Shown: one piece after another, positions 51,661 through 63,530 of the stretch | Layout: every line of letters begins with the position of its first letter | Position numbering within the stretch: position 1 is the stretch's first letter | Origin: Octopus sinensis | Lineage: Eukaryota | DNA length: 64,000 nt | Direction: 5' to 3' | Assembly (NCBI RefSeq): GCF_006345805.1 | Contig: NC_043010.1 | Coordinates: forward strand, 11,098,001 to 11,162,000 | Notes under the pieces: model-generated | Databases searched by the model: none | What the model saw: the letters and a program-made list of their open reading frames with translations, nothing else | What the model was told of the DNA's origin: nothing | Made by a program: the position numbers and the translations under genes

Positions 51661-52018
51661 TGCATGTGAATATGAGAGAAAGAAAGAAACTGGCAGAAAC
51701 ACAGAGAGAAATAATTTTTATTGCAAAAATCTAGAAATTCCATTCCAGAGGTATTTTTAAATGTTTATTTTTATCCTATAAATTAAAATATGAACACTAA
51801 CTTTTTAATTTTTTTTTGCAGTAATTTTTTTTATAAATTGTATATATATATTACAGTTTTTGTTGCATTTTGTATGCTTGTTATTGGGCAGAAAAAATCT
51901 TTTATCTGCTTTTGTGCAGATATCTGAAATATTTGGATTATCACAGATTAATTCTTTATCATCGAAATGTCCCAGGAGACTTCATGAAAGGAAAACAATA
52001 AGTAATATATCTTAGACA

Positions 52019-52075
52019 AGATTCAGATGAAAGAGTATTATTGATAAATAATTCATGAAATATATATATAAATCT
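52019..52075 (+). ncRNA. Weak hammerhead-like motif (core CAGATGA)
   Basis: AGATT-CAGATGA-hairpin-GAAA-TATATATA-TA-AATCT; AT-rich, so a chance match is possible. Confidence 0.3.
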
Positions 52076-52733
52076 ACTTACAATTTACTCATCATTACCG
52101 TGTATGTGTGTGTATGTATGTGCATATATATACATTATATACATACATACTGTATGGCTGATAAACTTGCTTGCCACATGTGAGGGTATTTTAACAATAC
52201 CATCCTATCTTATATTTATTGAGATACACACACACATACACACACACACACACACATATATATATAAGCATATATATCATCATCATCATCATCATCATCA
52301 TCGTGATATTCTATTTTCTTTTACTTGTTTCAGTCATTTGACTGCAGCCATTGTGAGGCACTGCCCGGAAGGGTTTCAGCAGAACGAATCGACCCCGAGA
52401 ACTTATTAATTTTTTGTTTTTTGTTTTAAACCTAGTTCTTATTTCATTAACTGAGTTGCTAAGTTACAGGGATGTAAACATACCAACACCGGTTGGGGGA
52501 CAAACATATACACAGATAAATATACACATATATATATGTGTGTATATATATATATATAAGTACAAAGTGAGATAGGGGTTATGAGTGTAACCCACTATGG
52601 GATATCATTTATCCAATATACTGCCAGTGAAGTATCCAAAAGGCTAATACATAAATGCTTACAATTGCAATGCAATTAGTTCATTTATTGTATTATATGG
52701 GCGAAGGTAAAATGTTTTACCTCAAATTCATAG

Positions 52734-52825
52734 TACAAAATAAGAAAATGGGGGAATAGATTCCTTTCAAGGTATTATCTGTAAGTTGATGATTGAAAGG
52801 AATCTATTCCTCCATTTTCTTATTT

Positions 52826-52829
<4 letters not shown>
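52734..52829. repeat. Inverted repeat, 37-bp arms, 22-nt loop, next to (TA)n
   Basis: 52734-52770 versus 52793-52829, one mismatch. Confidence 0.93.
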
Positions 52830-52886
<57 letters not shown>

Positions 52887-53058
52887 TATATATACGATAG
52901 GCTTCTTTCAGCTTCTGTCTGCAAAATCTATCAAAAAGGCTTTGGTCAGCCCAAGACTATAGTAGAAGACTCTTGCCCAACGTTCCACGCAGTGGGACTG
53001 AACCTAGAGCCATGTGGTTGGGAAGCAAGTTTCTTACCACTCAGCCACACCTGCATCT

Positions 53059-53098
<40 letters not shown>

Positions 53099-53262
53099 TG
53101 TACATATACATACACATGCATTCACACATACACAGAAATATATGTATATGTATGTGAAGCTAATCAAAAAACACACATTGTTACTAAATGTATGATCCAT
53201 AATATATTTCAGATCTATAGAAGGAGCAGGTTCCAAGAGAGGTGAATAATAAATAAACAAAC

Positions 53263-53556
53263 AATAACAGATGGATAATGTGTCAATTCACTACAGCTGT
53301 TTCCAACACATTCTTAATTGTTTAATGGAGACATTACATCATTAGAAAAAAAAAATTTTTCATTGGGTGAATACATGAACCACAGCATTCAAAAACATTC
53401 AAAATCCAACAGGATGTGCATTTTAATAATTCTGTTATCCTTGTTGTATAAACCTAATGAAGATGTTTTTTTTTTAATGGTGCAATGTCTCCATTAATCA
53501 ATGAAAAATTCGTTGGAAACAGCTGTAGGGAATTGACACATTATTCATCTGTTATT
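53263..53556. repeat. Inverted repeat (~105-bp arms), each arm carrying a decayed hammerhead motif
   Basis: Minus 53372-53286: ATTCAC-CCAATGA...GAAAC-AGCT-GTA-GTGAAT; plus 53454-53527: CTAATGA...GAAAC-AGCT-GTA. Confidence 0.8.
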
Positions 53557-53931
53557 ATTTATTCATTTATCTCTCTCACTCTCTCTCTCCATATATATAG
53601 ATATTGATACATATACATTTAACCCCACAGAGGCAGTGACAAGTAACCAAGACCTTCAGTAATATATCATGCTTGAGATGAGAAGACCGGTCAAGCCAAA
53701 AGAGATTGCAGTATTGGCCAATGCTGGTGTTTCATAACTGGCACCCATGCCAGTGGCAAGCAAAAAGCACCCACTACACTCTTAGAATAGCTGGCCTTAG
53801 GAAAGGTATCCAGCTGTAGAAACCATGCCAAATCAGACTGGAATCTGGTGCAGTTTCCCCTTCCAATGGAAAGCGGACATTAAATTATGATGATGATGAT
53901 GATGATGATAATGATACATAATTACAGGCAT

Positions 53932-54319
53932 GGATGCAAGCACTCCGTCGGTTACGACGACGAGGATTCCGGTTGATCCGAATCAACGGAACAGCCTGCT
54001 CGTGAATTTAACATGCAAGTGGCTGAGCACTCCACAGACACATGCACCCTTAATGTAGTTCTCGGGGATATTCAGCGTGACACAGAGAGTGACAAGGCCG
54101 GCCCCTTGAAATACAGGTACAACAGAAACAGGAAGTAAGAGTGAGAGAAAGTTGTGGTGAAAGAGTACAGCAGGGATCACCACCATCCCCTGCCGGAGCC
54201 TCGTGGAGCTTTAGGTATTTTCGCTCAATAAACACTCACAACGCCCAGTCTGGGAATCGAAACCGCGATCCTATGACCGCGAGTCCGCTGCCCTAACCAC
54301 TGGGCCATTGCGCCTCCAC
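53932..54319 (-). mobile_element. SINE family C, full length with 12-bp TSD
   Basis: TSD AATTACAGGCAT at 53920-53931 and 54320-54331. Confidence 0.95.
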
Positions 54320-55267
54320 AATTACAGGCATACAAATGTGTATGTATACGTGTGTGTGTATGAAACACAGAAAGCAGTCAAATCGTTAGTCCATCGAAAC
54401 GTATGAATCTTAGACTATGTTAAGTGTTAACTTTCACTTTGTGTATACAAACTGTGACATTTTTATATACACCCACACATATACACATATTTATAAACAA
54501 TTTCATTCATTTATGGCTGGACAAAATGACATATATATGCTTGTATACATCCTCACGCTCCACTGTACATACATAGACATATATATATATGTATGTATGT
54601 ATATATATATGTATATATATGTATGTATGGATACACACACTAACACACACACACACACACGCACACACACACACACACACACACACGCACATACACACAC
54701 ACACGCACATACACACACACATGTAATTGATTCTCATGTTTAAAATGTTTGCAACCATTTATATAACTCAACTGACTGACACAGTTCAAATCTGTTCAGA
54801 CATGATAAATTACAGAGAAAATTGCTAATGGTTACTCGTGTCAAACATGTAATCATTATAGAAATGCTTTCATAAGGTTCTGTAAAAGTTTTCCGCATGT
54901 GAACACATGGTATTTGTACGGTGCCAATCATTGTGACAAGCAACCATTGCTAAGTAGTGGTATTTGATGCTAACTGGAAACCTAAAGACTACATTGGCTA
55001 CATGACTTCAGGTCAATGGAAAGAAACGAGAGGTGGTCAGAAGAAATTGAGAAGTTGCATGGCCACTTTGTATATTAGATTATAATTTAGAAATGAAAAT
55101 TTAAGGATGGTAGACTGGTGCAGTATGGCATTATGTAGTGGTGTAGCCAGGTTCTAAACTTAGGGGGAGTGAGCACATATAAAAAATGGTGCCACAATAT
55201 ATACCAAGCAATTTTTAACTCATTTTTCTTATATTACACGAAATATTTCATTAGTTATAAAATACGT

Positions 55268-55895
55268 GTGAAGACACATGGCTCACTGGTTAGAGCATCG
55301 AGCTTACGATCATGAGGTTGTGAGTTCGAATCCTGGACTGGGCTACGTGTTGTCTTCTTGAGCAAGACACTTTATTTCATGTTGCTCCAGTTCACTCAGC
55401 TGTAGAAATGAGTTGTGACATCACAGGTGCCAAGATGTATCGGCCCCTTTGCCTTTCCCTTGGATAACACTGGTGACGTGGAGAGGGGAGGTTGGTATGC
55501 ATGGGCGACTGCTGGTCTTCCATAAACAACGACTGCTGGTCTTCCATAACCTCAGGCTGACCAAAGCCTTGTGAGTGGATTTGGTAGACAGAAACTGAAA
55601 TAAGCCCATCGTATCATCATCATCATTTAACGTCCGCTTTCCATGCTAGCATGGGTTGGACGATTTGACTGAGGCCTGGCAAACCAGACTCCAATCTGAT
55701 CTGGTAGAGTTTCTACAGCTGGATACTCTTCCTAACGCCAACCACTCCGAGAGTGTAGCGGATGCTTTTACGTGCCACCGGCTATGATCAACCCAAAGCT
55801 ATAGTAGAAGACATTTGCCCAATGTACTACGCAGCAGTATTGAACCTGAAACCATATGGTTGGGAAAAAAACTTCTTAACACATGACTACACCTC
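55268..55895. mobile_element. Nest of fragments: SINE D (55268-55548), SINE A core, family E tail, SINE A head
   Basis: Each piece matches other copies in the window. Confidence 0.8.
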
Positions 55896-56023
55896 TGCCT
55901 ACCACGACTGCTGGAGGATTTTCATCCACAGCTGATGTGTTTCTGTGTTTTTTAACACTACGACTTCAAGAGATACTTTCAAGAGACAAATACCACATTT
56001 TAACAGGCTCACAACAATATATA

Positions 56024-56468
56024 TTCTTTTATTCTTTTATTTGTTTCCATCATTTTGACTGCAGCCATGCCTGGAAGAAGGTTTTTAGCACTAATCTTTC
56101 CTGTTATCCTTTAGTCGAACAAATCAACCCCAGGACTTATGCTTTGTAAGCCTAGCACTTATTCTATAGGTTGCTTTGCTGAACTGCTAAGCTATGGGGA
56201 CGTAAACACACCAACATTGGTTGTCAATCGATGGTAGCGGGACAAACAGATACACAAATATACATAGACACACACACACACACACACACATATACATATA
56301 TGACGGTCTTCTTTCAGTTTCCGTCTACCAAATCCACTCACAAGGATTTGGTCAGCTCAAGGCTATTGTAGAAAACACTTGTCCAAGGTGCAAGGTGCCA
56401 TGCTGTGGGACTGAACCAAGAACCATGTGGTTGATAAGCAAGGTACTTACCACACAGCCACTTCTGCA
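56024..56468 (-). mobile_element. SINE family A, older copy, with a 47-bp foreign segment
   Basis: Family match except 56068-56114. Confidence 0.85.
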
Positions 56469-57819
56469 CTTTTAAGTATATATGTATATCCTGCACCTTT
56501 AAATATACATGTATCAGATTGATACATATATCTGTGTGTATGTGTGTGTCTGTGTGTGCTTGTGTGTGTGTGTGTTTCTGTATGTGTGTGTGTGTGTGTG
56601 TATTTGTGAGTGTGTGCATATGCATGTTCACAGCCTATATTTAGTTGCATATGCAACTAAATATTTTGGTGTATATTGCTGGTTGTCTTTAGTTCAAAAG
56701 AATGTCAGTTCATTTTCACTAGTCTATTGCTGAAATAAGCAAAGTTATAGAAAAAGATTTTAACCATTTATAACTAAGAGTTGTCTTTCTTGCTTTTTTA
56801 ATAAAGATTATCATTAACGCTTACGGTCTATTATTTTTATATTATTGATTTAAAAATTGATTACCAATTTTTCTGGTTCACCACATTACGTTAGTCTCAC
56901 TTAACTGTGTATTTCCTTTAGAAGACATAAAATTCTGTTTTCTTGACTGTAAAATACTTTTCTTAGCGGTATGTCAAACATTTAGATTTGTTCCCAAAGA
57001 ATAATATTAAAATAGTTCTTTAATATGAGAATGTTATCTTGGCATGATAAGACTGGGAATTGATTGAAAAAGATATATTGTATGTCAATGAAACCAGATA
57101 AATGTGTCTTGAAATCACAGTAGCCTACTAATAATTCTGTATAATGTAGCCAGTTTAGCAAAGCCAGACAACAGCCAAAACCTTTGAATTGCCAGTAAAA
57201 ACAGACGCTACAATTATTTCTTTCCCTTATTGTGTGCATGGAAGTGGTGGTGATGGTGGTTGTGGTGGTGGTGGGGGCATTCAAAGCACATAGCCAGATA
57301 GATCGGCATTCATGATATGACACACACCGTAGTAGATCAATATTCAGCTGTTCTGAGTTTTTCTGATCTTAATTGTCTCTTTTTATTTCCAATATTTTGA
57401 TAGATGTGTTCTTCTGTCAACATCAGGGTACATATTCTGTTTATTTCTAAGGTTACATTTTCATTTAAATGAATATGATACCGAGAACAAATAAATAAAT
57501 AAATAAACTAAATAACTAACTAACTAAATAAAATAAATAAAATAAATATAAAAGCTAAGGATAACAATGTGAAAACAAAGAGACTGATTGATGCCGTTAT
57601 TATTGGCTTTCAATGTTTCTGGAAGAAAATTGTATCTCGGTGCCTAGAAGAAGGTTTATAGCATTGATCTTTCCTGTTATCCTTTAGATTAACTTTGAAT
57701 CCTTATGAATTTGATTGAAAAGAATACTGGCCGTTTTTGTAATCTCGGCACTGTCGGTTCCATTGAATCACTTCTGGCTGAGTTTCAAATGGCATTGCCC
57801 ATCAAACTCTTTTACTCAC

Positions 57820-57912
57820 CACCTGCCAGCCACGTTTCTATCTTCATTTCATTATGGTGCTTTCGCTAAATGGTTCTATTTACTCTGAGATTTATCCTGG
57901 CTGCCTTTTATA
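57820..57912 (-). promoter_or_regulatory. Candidate TATA promoter and first exon (ATG 57847; MKIETWLAG + 1 nt)
   Basis: Minus strand: TATAAAAG (57912-57905), Inr-like TCAGAGT (~57888), ATG, then GTG|GTGAGT donor at 57819. Confidence 0.4.
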
Positions 57913-58104
57913 CAAAATTTCCTTATTATAAATTTAGAATGTAACTACTCAGAGTCCACAGAACAAAGCTGCATGTCACAACTATATTTACAGTATATAC
58001 TATTACAAAGAACATAACAATACAATTGAAAGTTTATACACTCATATATTATGATATATTATAATATATATATTTATGTATGTAAATATATATATATATC
58101 TTTC

Positions 58105-58309
58105 TCTTTCTCTTTTACTTGTTTCAGTCATTTGACTGCGGCCATGCTGGAGCACCGCCTTTAGTCGAGCAAATCGACCCCGGGACTTATTCTTTGTAAG
58201 CCCAGTACTTATTCTATCGGTCTCTTTTGCCGAACCGCCAAGTGACGGGGACGTAAACACACCAGCATCGGTTGTCAAGCAATGCTAGGGGTACAAACAC
58301 AGACACACA

Positions 58310-58359
<50 letters not shown>

Positions 58360-58536
58360 TATATACATATATACGACAGGCTTCTTTCAGTTTCTGTCTA
58401 CCAAATCCACTCACAAGGCATTGGTCGGCCCAGGGCTATAGCAGAAGACACTTGCCCAAGATGCCACGCAGTGGAACTGAACCCGGAACCATGTGGTTGG
58501 TTAGCAAGATACTTACCACACAGCCACTCCTGCGCC
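58105..58536 (-). mobile_element. SINE family A, full length
   Basis: Reverse-complement family match. Confidence 0.92.
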
Positions 58537-58646
58537 TATATATGTGTATGTATATATATATATATAATATATATATTTATGAATGCAAATATGTATATGT
58601 GTATGTATATATTTATGTTCTAATTTAACTAAACTCTGTGTCATTG

Positions 58647-58733
58647 TGCAGCTGAAGATTGCTCTACATTTTAAATTGATATAATGATTGAATTGTTCAA
58701 TTAAATGGAGTTACATGAAAGGATTGTACTGCA
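58647..58733 (+). ncRNA. Type I hammerhead-ribozyme-like motif, partly decayed
   Basis: TGCAG-CTGAAGA-long imperfect hairpin-GAAA-GGATT-GTA-CTGCA; stem I is 5 bp and the core is canonical. Confidence 0.55.
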
Positions 58734-58896
58734 TTACCTCTGAATATCCTTGTTGCTTATTTTGATTTTAATCACCTTATTTTGAAATTGTATGGATAAT
58801 AAGGTTATAAATTCTGGTGCCTCAACTTAAGTACCATATTTATCTGAATCTAAATTTTTGCTGTATATATTTATGTATATAAATATTTTATATATA

Positions 58897-58940
<44 letters not shown>

Positions 58941-59151
58941 GGAGAGAGAGAGAGAGAGAGAGAGAAAGATACATATATATCATATATTATATATATATGT
59001 GTATATGTATGTATGCATATATGTGTGTGTGTCTGCTCCAGCATGGCTGCAGTCAAATGAGTGAAACAAATAAAAGAATATGTATCTATCTATCTGTCTA
59101 TTTATCTTATCACACGGCTTGAAATATATATATATATATATATACATATAG

Positions 59152-59194
<43 letters not shown>

Positions 59195-59842
59195 CGAGGG
59201 AAAGTCAAAAATTATCTGCACTGTCGCCATAACATACCTTTATTATTGTCACACTATCTTCTGTACATGCTTGCTTATAGCTGGTACTATTGTGGTCACA
59301 CGACTGAAGTTTGAGCCTGATCACACCATTTTTCTTTCTGACTTTACAGTGTAAGCATGGCTGCTCCACTAGCAATATGTACCAAAGAAGAACAAAGAGA
59401 AGTGACCCAAGAGATAGTAACGGTGAATAGGTTCACTGTTACCATCTCTCAAGCTTGCTGAATCTTCTTATCAGTGGAGGAGGTTGACAGGTGTCCTGTC
59501 CCCTCTTTTTGCATCATGCTTGTCTGGCTTCTTTTAAACTTCTACGCAGTTGTACATTGTCCATGTATTGTGCTGAAAGCCCCTGGTGAATTTTAGCAGC
59601 TCACACATCTTCCGACCAGAGAAATTGAATCACTGTTCTTTGTTCTTCTTTGGTGCACATTGCTAATGGAGTGACCATGCTTACAGTGTAAAGCCAGAAA
59701 GTAAAACATTGTGATCATTCTCAAACTTTGATCACATGACCACAATTGTAGCAACTATAAGTATGCATGTGCACAAGCCAGTGTGACAATAATAAAGATA
59801 TGTTATGGCAAAAGTGCGGATAATTTTTTTGACTTCCTCTCA
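59195..59842. mobile_element. Mariner-derived foldback MITE made of two inverted 5' ends
   Basis: TA|CGAGGGAAAGTCAAAAATTATC ... GATAATTTTTTTGACTTCCTCTCA|TA; both arms encode a transposase N-terminus (plus ATG 59357 MAAPLAICTKEEQREV; minus ATG 59678 MVTPLAMCTKEEQRTVIQFLW). Confidence 0.88.
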
Positions 59843-59963
59843 TATATATATTATATATATATATATATATATATGTATAATAATATGAGGGAATATTATT
59901 CTAAACTTACAGGGAAAAATTCAATTTAGAAATACTAAATCAAATTTCACAAAATATGATATA

Positions 59964-60036
<73 letters not shown>

Positions 60037-60939
60037 TAGAAAACAAAACACCTTTTATGAATTCAACAATGAAAAAATTAAATAATACCATTAAGAAAGA
60101 ATTACATCTTATAGAAAAATTAAATATAAAATAAAACATATACTAATGTTTAAGTAATGTGCAAAATAATAAATAAAATGTATATATTTGGTAGAATAAC
60201 TACACTTGTTTTGTGGCTATATTTAAGAAATGATAACAGTAAAATTAATTCAATATAAATATAGTCACTCTTCAGGTTAAAGATAAAAGCAAAATAATAA
60301 TTAATTAAATAAATTTATGAATATACGTATATAATCTTGTAAAATACAACTATCTTAAACATATTCTTATGTAGAATAAAGAGGTATAAATATTTATTAT
60401 ATCTATAAAAATAAGATTTTAACATATATAAGAAAAGAATGATAAACTATAATATATCGTTATTACTAGATAATAAAAGGCAATTAATTAAATTATTTAA
60501 AACAAATAAATATATATATATAAAATACAAAATATACATTAAGTGAAAACTAAAATACTATAATTTAATCTATATATATTAAATTAGATTATTAATTAAT
60601 TATTTATTTATTTAATAAACATCTAAATTAAATCTTATTCTCATTAAGTAATGTATACTAAAAAAACTTCATGTTAAGTAATATACATAATGCTAGTACA
60701 GCTATAAATATTAGAATTAAAAATAGAAAATAGTTCAAATATAAACACACCTATTACATAAACTAACTATATTATTAATATATATGTAGTATCTATAGAT
60801 TTAATATTTTACTCAATTATATAGTTGACCAAAATATCAATTAATATTAAACTTATTTACTTAAATGTAACACTACATAATAAATATAACACCTATTAAA
60901 TAATATATTGTCTTACAAAATTATTTCTCAAATTAAATT

Positions 60940-61955
60940 AAAAACTAAGCATATGAAAACCTGTGCTAAAACTGCTGCCTTAGATATTCTTACTAATAAA
61001 TAGTAAGAAAAACCTCTCAATGTCAATTAACCAAAGAGAGCTAGTAGTGCTGATGTTGACAAAGCCCTTACCCATCAATGGGTAGTGTATTCTGGCTTAA
61101 AATCAGAGACAGAAGGTTTATCATAGCAGCCCAAGATCAATGCCTACCTACAATAAACTACCAGGTCAACATTTTAAAGAACGGCAGTAGCTCAACATGT
61201 CATGTATGTCAACAACAAAATGAAACCATTGATCATGTTGTCTCCATGTGCAGTCTTCTTGTGCCTGCAGAGTATCTCAACAGGCATGACTGAGCAGCAC
61301 AATATATTCACTGGGTAATTTGCAAAAATCCTGAACCTGCCCCATGATAAAACTGATGGGAACACAAACCACCTCCAGTGCTTGCAAATGATCACATCTC
61401 ACTCCGCTGGAACTTCACCATTCAAACTGACAGAAAGATAGATGTGAATAGGCCAGACATTATACTGAAAGTCTTCAGACAAAAATCATGCCTCCTCGTT
61501 GATATGACTGTCCCAATCGAAGTAAATGTATCTGTCAAGACCTACTAAAAACTGAGCAAATATAAAGATCTTGAAATAGAAATTGGCAAAATGTGGAACC
61601 TGAAGACTAAAACAATACCTGTTGTCATAGGTGACCTAGTAATGATAGCAAAAGGTGCTGATTCCTACCTAGCTCAGATACCAGAAAACCCCAAAATAGC
61701 AGAAATAAAAAAAATAGTGCACATGGGAACTGTCCATATCCTATGTAAAATACTGTCTGTGTAATCTCAAATTTTAAAACAAACATAATTTTCTTATGGT
61801 TTCTTAAACATTCTCTAGAACAATACTATGCATAAAACCAAATATATGACACCCTAGGCATAACACCAGCACGAAATTCTAACTTGTTGCCTCTTGGGGT
61901 TTCTGGGTGAGACGTGGAGCCAACTTGGAGAAATACAAAGCAAAAGGCAAACATA
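60940..61955 (+). mobile_element. Decayed R4/Dong-type non-LTR retrotransposon: C-terminal zinc knuckle, restriction-like endonuclease and 3' UTR
   Basis: LKSETEG/FIIAAQDQ, C-X2-C-X8-H-X4-C (CHVCQQQNETIDHVVSMC), RHD, NRPDII...LLVDMTVP...KLSKYKDL; stop at 61762-61764; internal stops and frameshifts; TAA/TAC tail. Confidence 0.92.
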
Positions 61956-62021
61956 ATAATCATAATACTACTACTACTACTACTACTAATGATGATGATA
62001 AGGATAATAATAATAATAATA

Positions 62022-62160
62022 ACCCTACGCAAAACACTTTCAATACAGTAGCCATAAGAGCATCACAGCAAACCACAGCAAATACCTAAGGTACACAGAG
62101 CTGAGCTCAGTAGTGAAGTGAAAGCATGTTATAAAAATAAAACTAATGAATAATAATAAT
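62022..62160 (+). mobile_element. 3' tip of a second R4/Dong-like subfamily
   Basis: TLRKTLSIQ* parallels ILCKILSV* of the upstream element; short UTR ending in (TAA)n; TAA run on the left flank. Confidence 0.55.
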
Positions 62161-62353
62161 CCTTCCTACTATAGGCACAAGGCCTGAAATTTTGGGGGAG
62201 GGAGCTAGTCGATTAGATCGACCCCCAATATACAACTGGTACTTAATTTATCAAACCCGAAAGGATGAAAAGCAAAGTCGGTCTTGGCAGAATTTGAACT
62301 CAGAATGTAAAGCCTTTCGCCCAGCATGCTAACGACTCTGCGAGCTCGCCACC
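62161..62353 (-). mobile_element. SINE family B variant
   Basis: Family match. Confidence 0.8.
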
Positions 62354-62354
62354 T

Positions 62355-62630
<276 letters not shown>

Positions 62631-62797
62631 GATGTAGCATTAAATATCATGAGAAAAACAAGATTTATTAGATACTAAATTTTTACTATCTATTTATCAG
62701 TTTCATCTACTAAAAAGTTGCCCAACCTGTTCTACACTACACAAAATAAGCACACACATACACACATACACACACATGCAAACAAGTGATATAATAA

Positions 62798-62881
<84 letters not shown>

Positions 62882-63049
62882 TATATCTTTATTCAAAGCA
62901 GCAAACATAACCAGTACTGATCTCATGTTGCTCAACACACTCAATGGTTGGATGGCAAAAAAAAAAAATGATCAAATAGTCACAGCTGGAGTGCTTTTGA
63001 TCATCGGTCTACTCAGAGTTGACCTAGGGCTAAATAACAAGAACACCAA

Positions 63050-63530
63050 CATCGTTATCATCATCATCATCTTTTTCACTACCATCATCATCATCATCAA
63101 CTCAACCACCTCCACAACCATCACCATCACTAGCATCATCATCCCCATCACCATCATCATCATCATCATCATCATCATCACCTCCACTGCCACCATTACA
63201 TTACAACCACTACCATTAACATTATCATCTTTCTCATTACTGTCACCACCACCACCACCATCATCATCAATATCACTACCACTACCATCATTACCACTAT
63301 CATCATCATCATTATCATCATCAACATTATCATCATTATCCTTATCATCATCGTTATAATCATCTCACCACCATCCCATTGCTATCATTACAATCACTAC
63401 CATTTTCCTCATCATCTTTCTCATTACCGTCACCACCACCACCACCACCACCACCACCACCATCAACACCACCACCACAATCAGCATGATTATCGCCACC
63501 ATCATCAGTGTCACCACTACCAATATCATA
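63050..63530. repeat. Degenerate (CAT)n/(CAC)n array
   Basis: Direct inspection. Confidence 0.9.

Noticed and set aside
51920-52001. Strong plus-strand acceptor TTTTGTGCAG followed by short open frames
   Set aside because: No donor, no recognisable peptide and no independent support.
60030-60940. Mitochondrial insertion (NUMT) as the source of the AT-rich block
   Set aside because: No recognisable mitochondrial gene, rRNA or tRNA; continuity with the downstream retrotransposon frame fits better, though only a BLASTN would exclude it.
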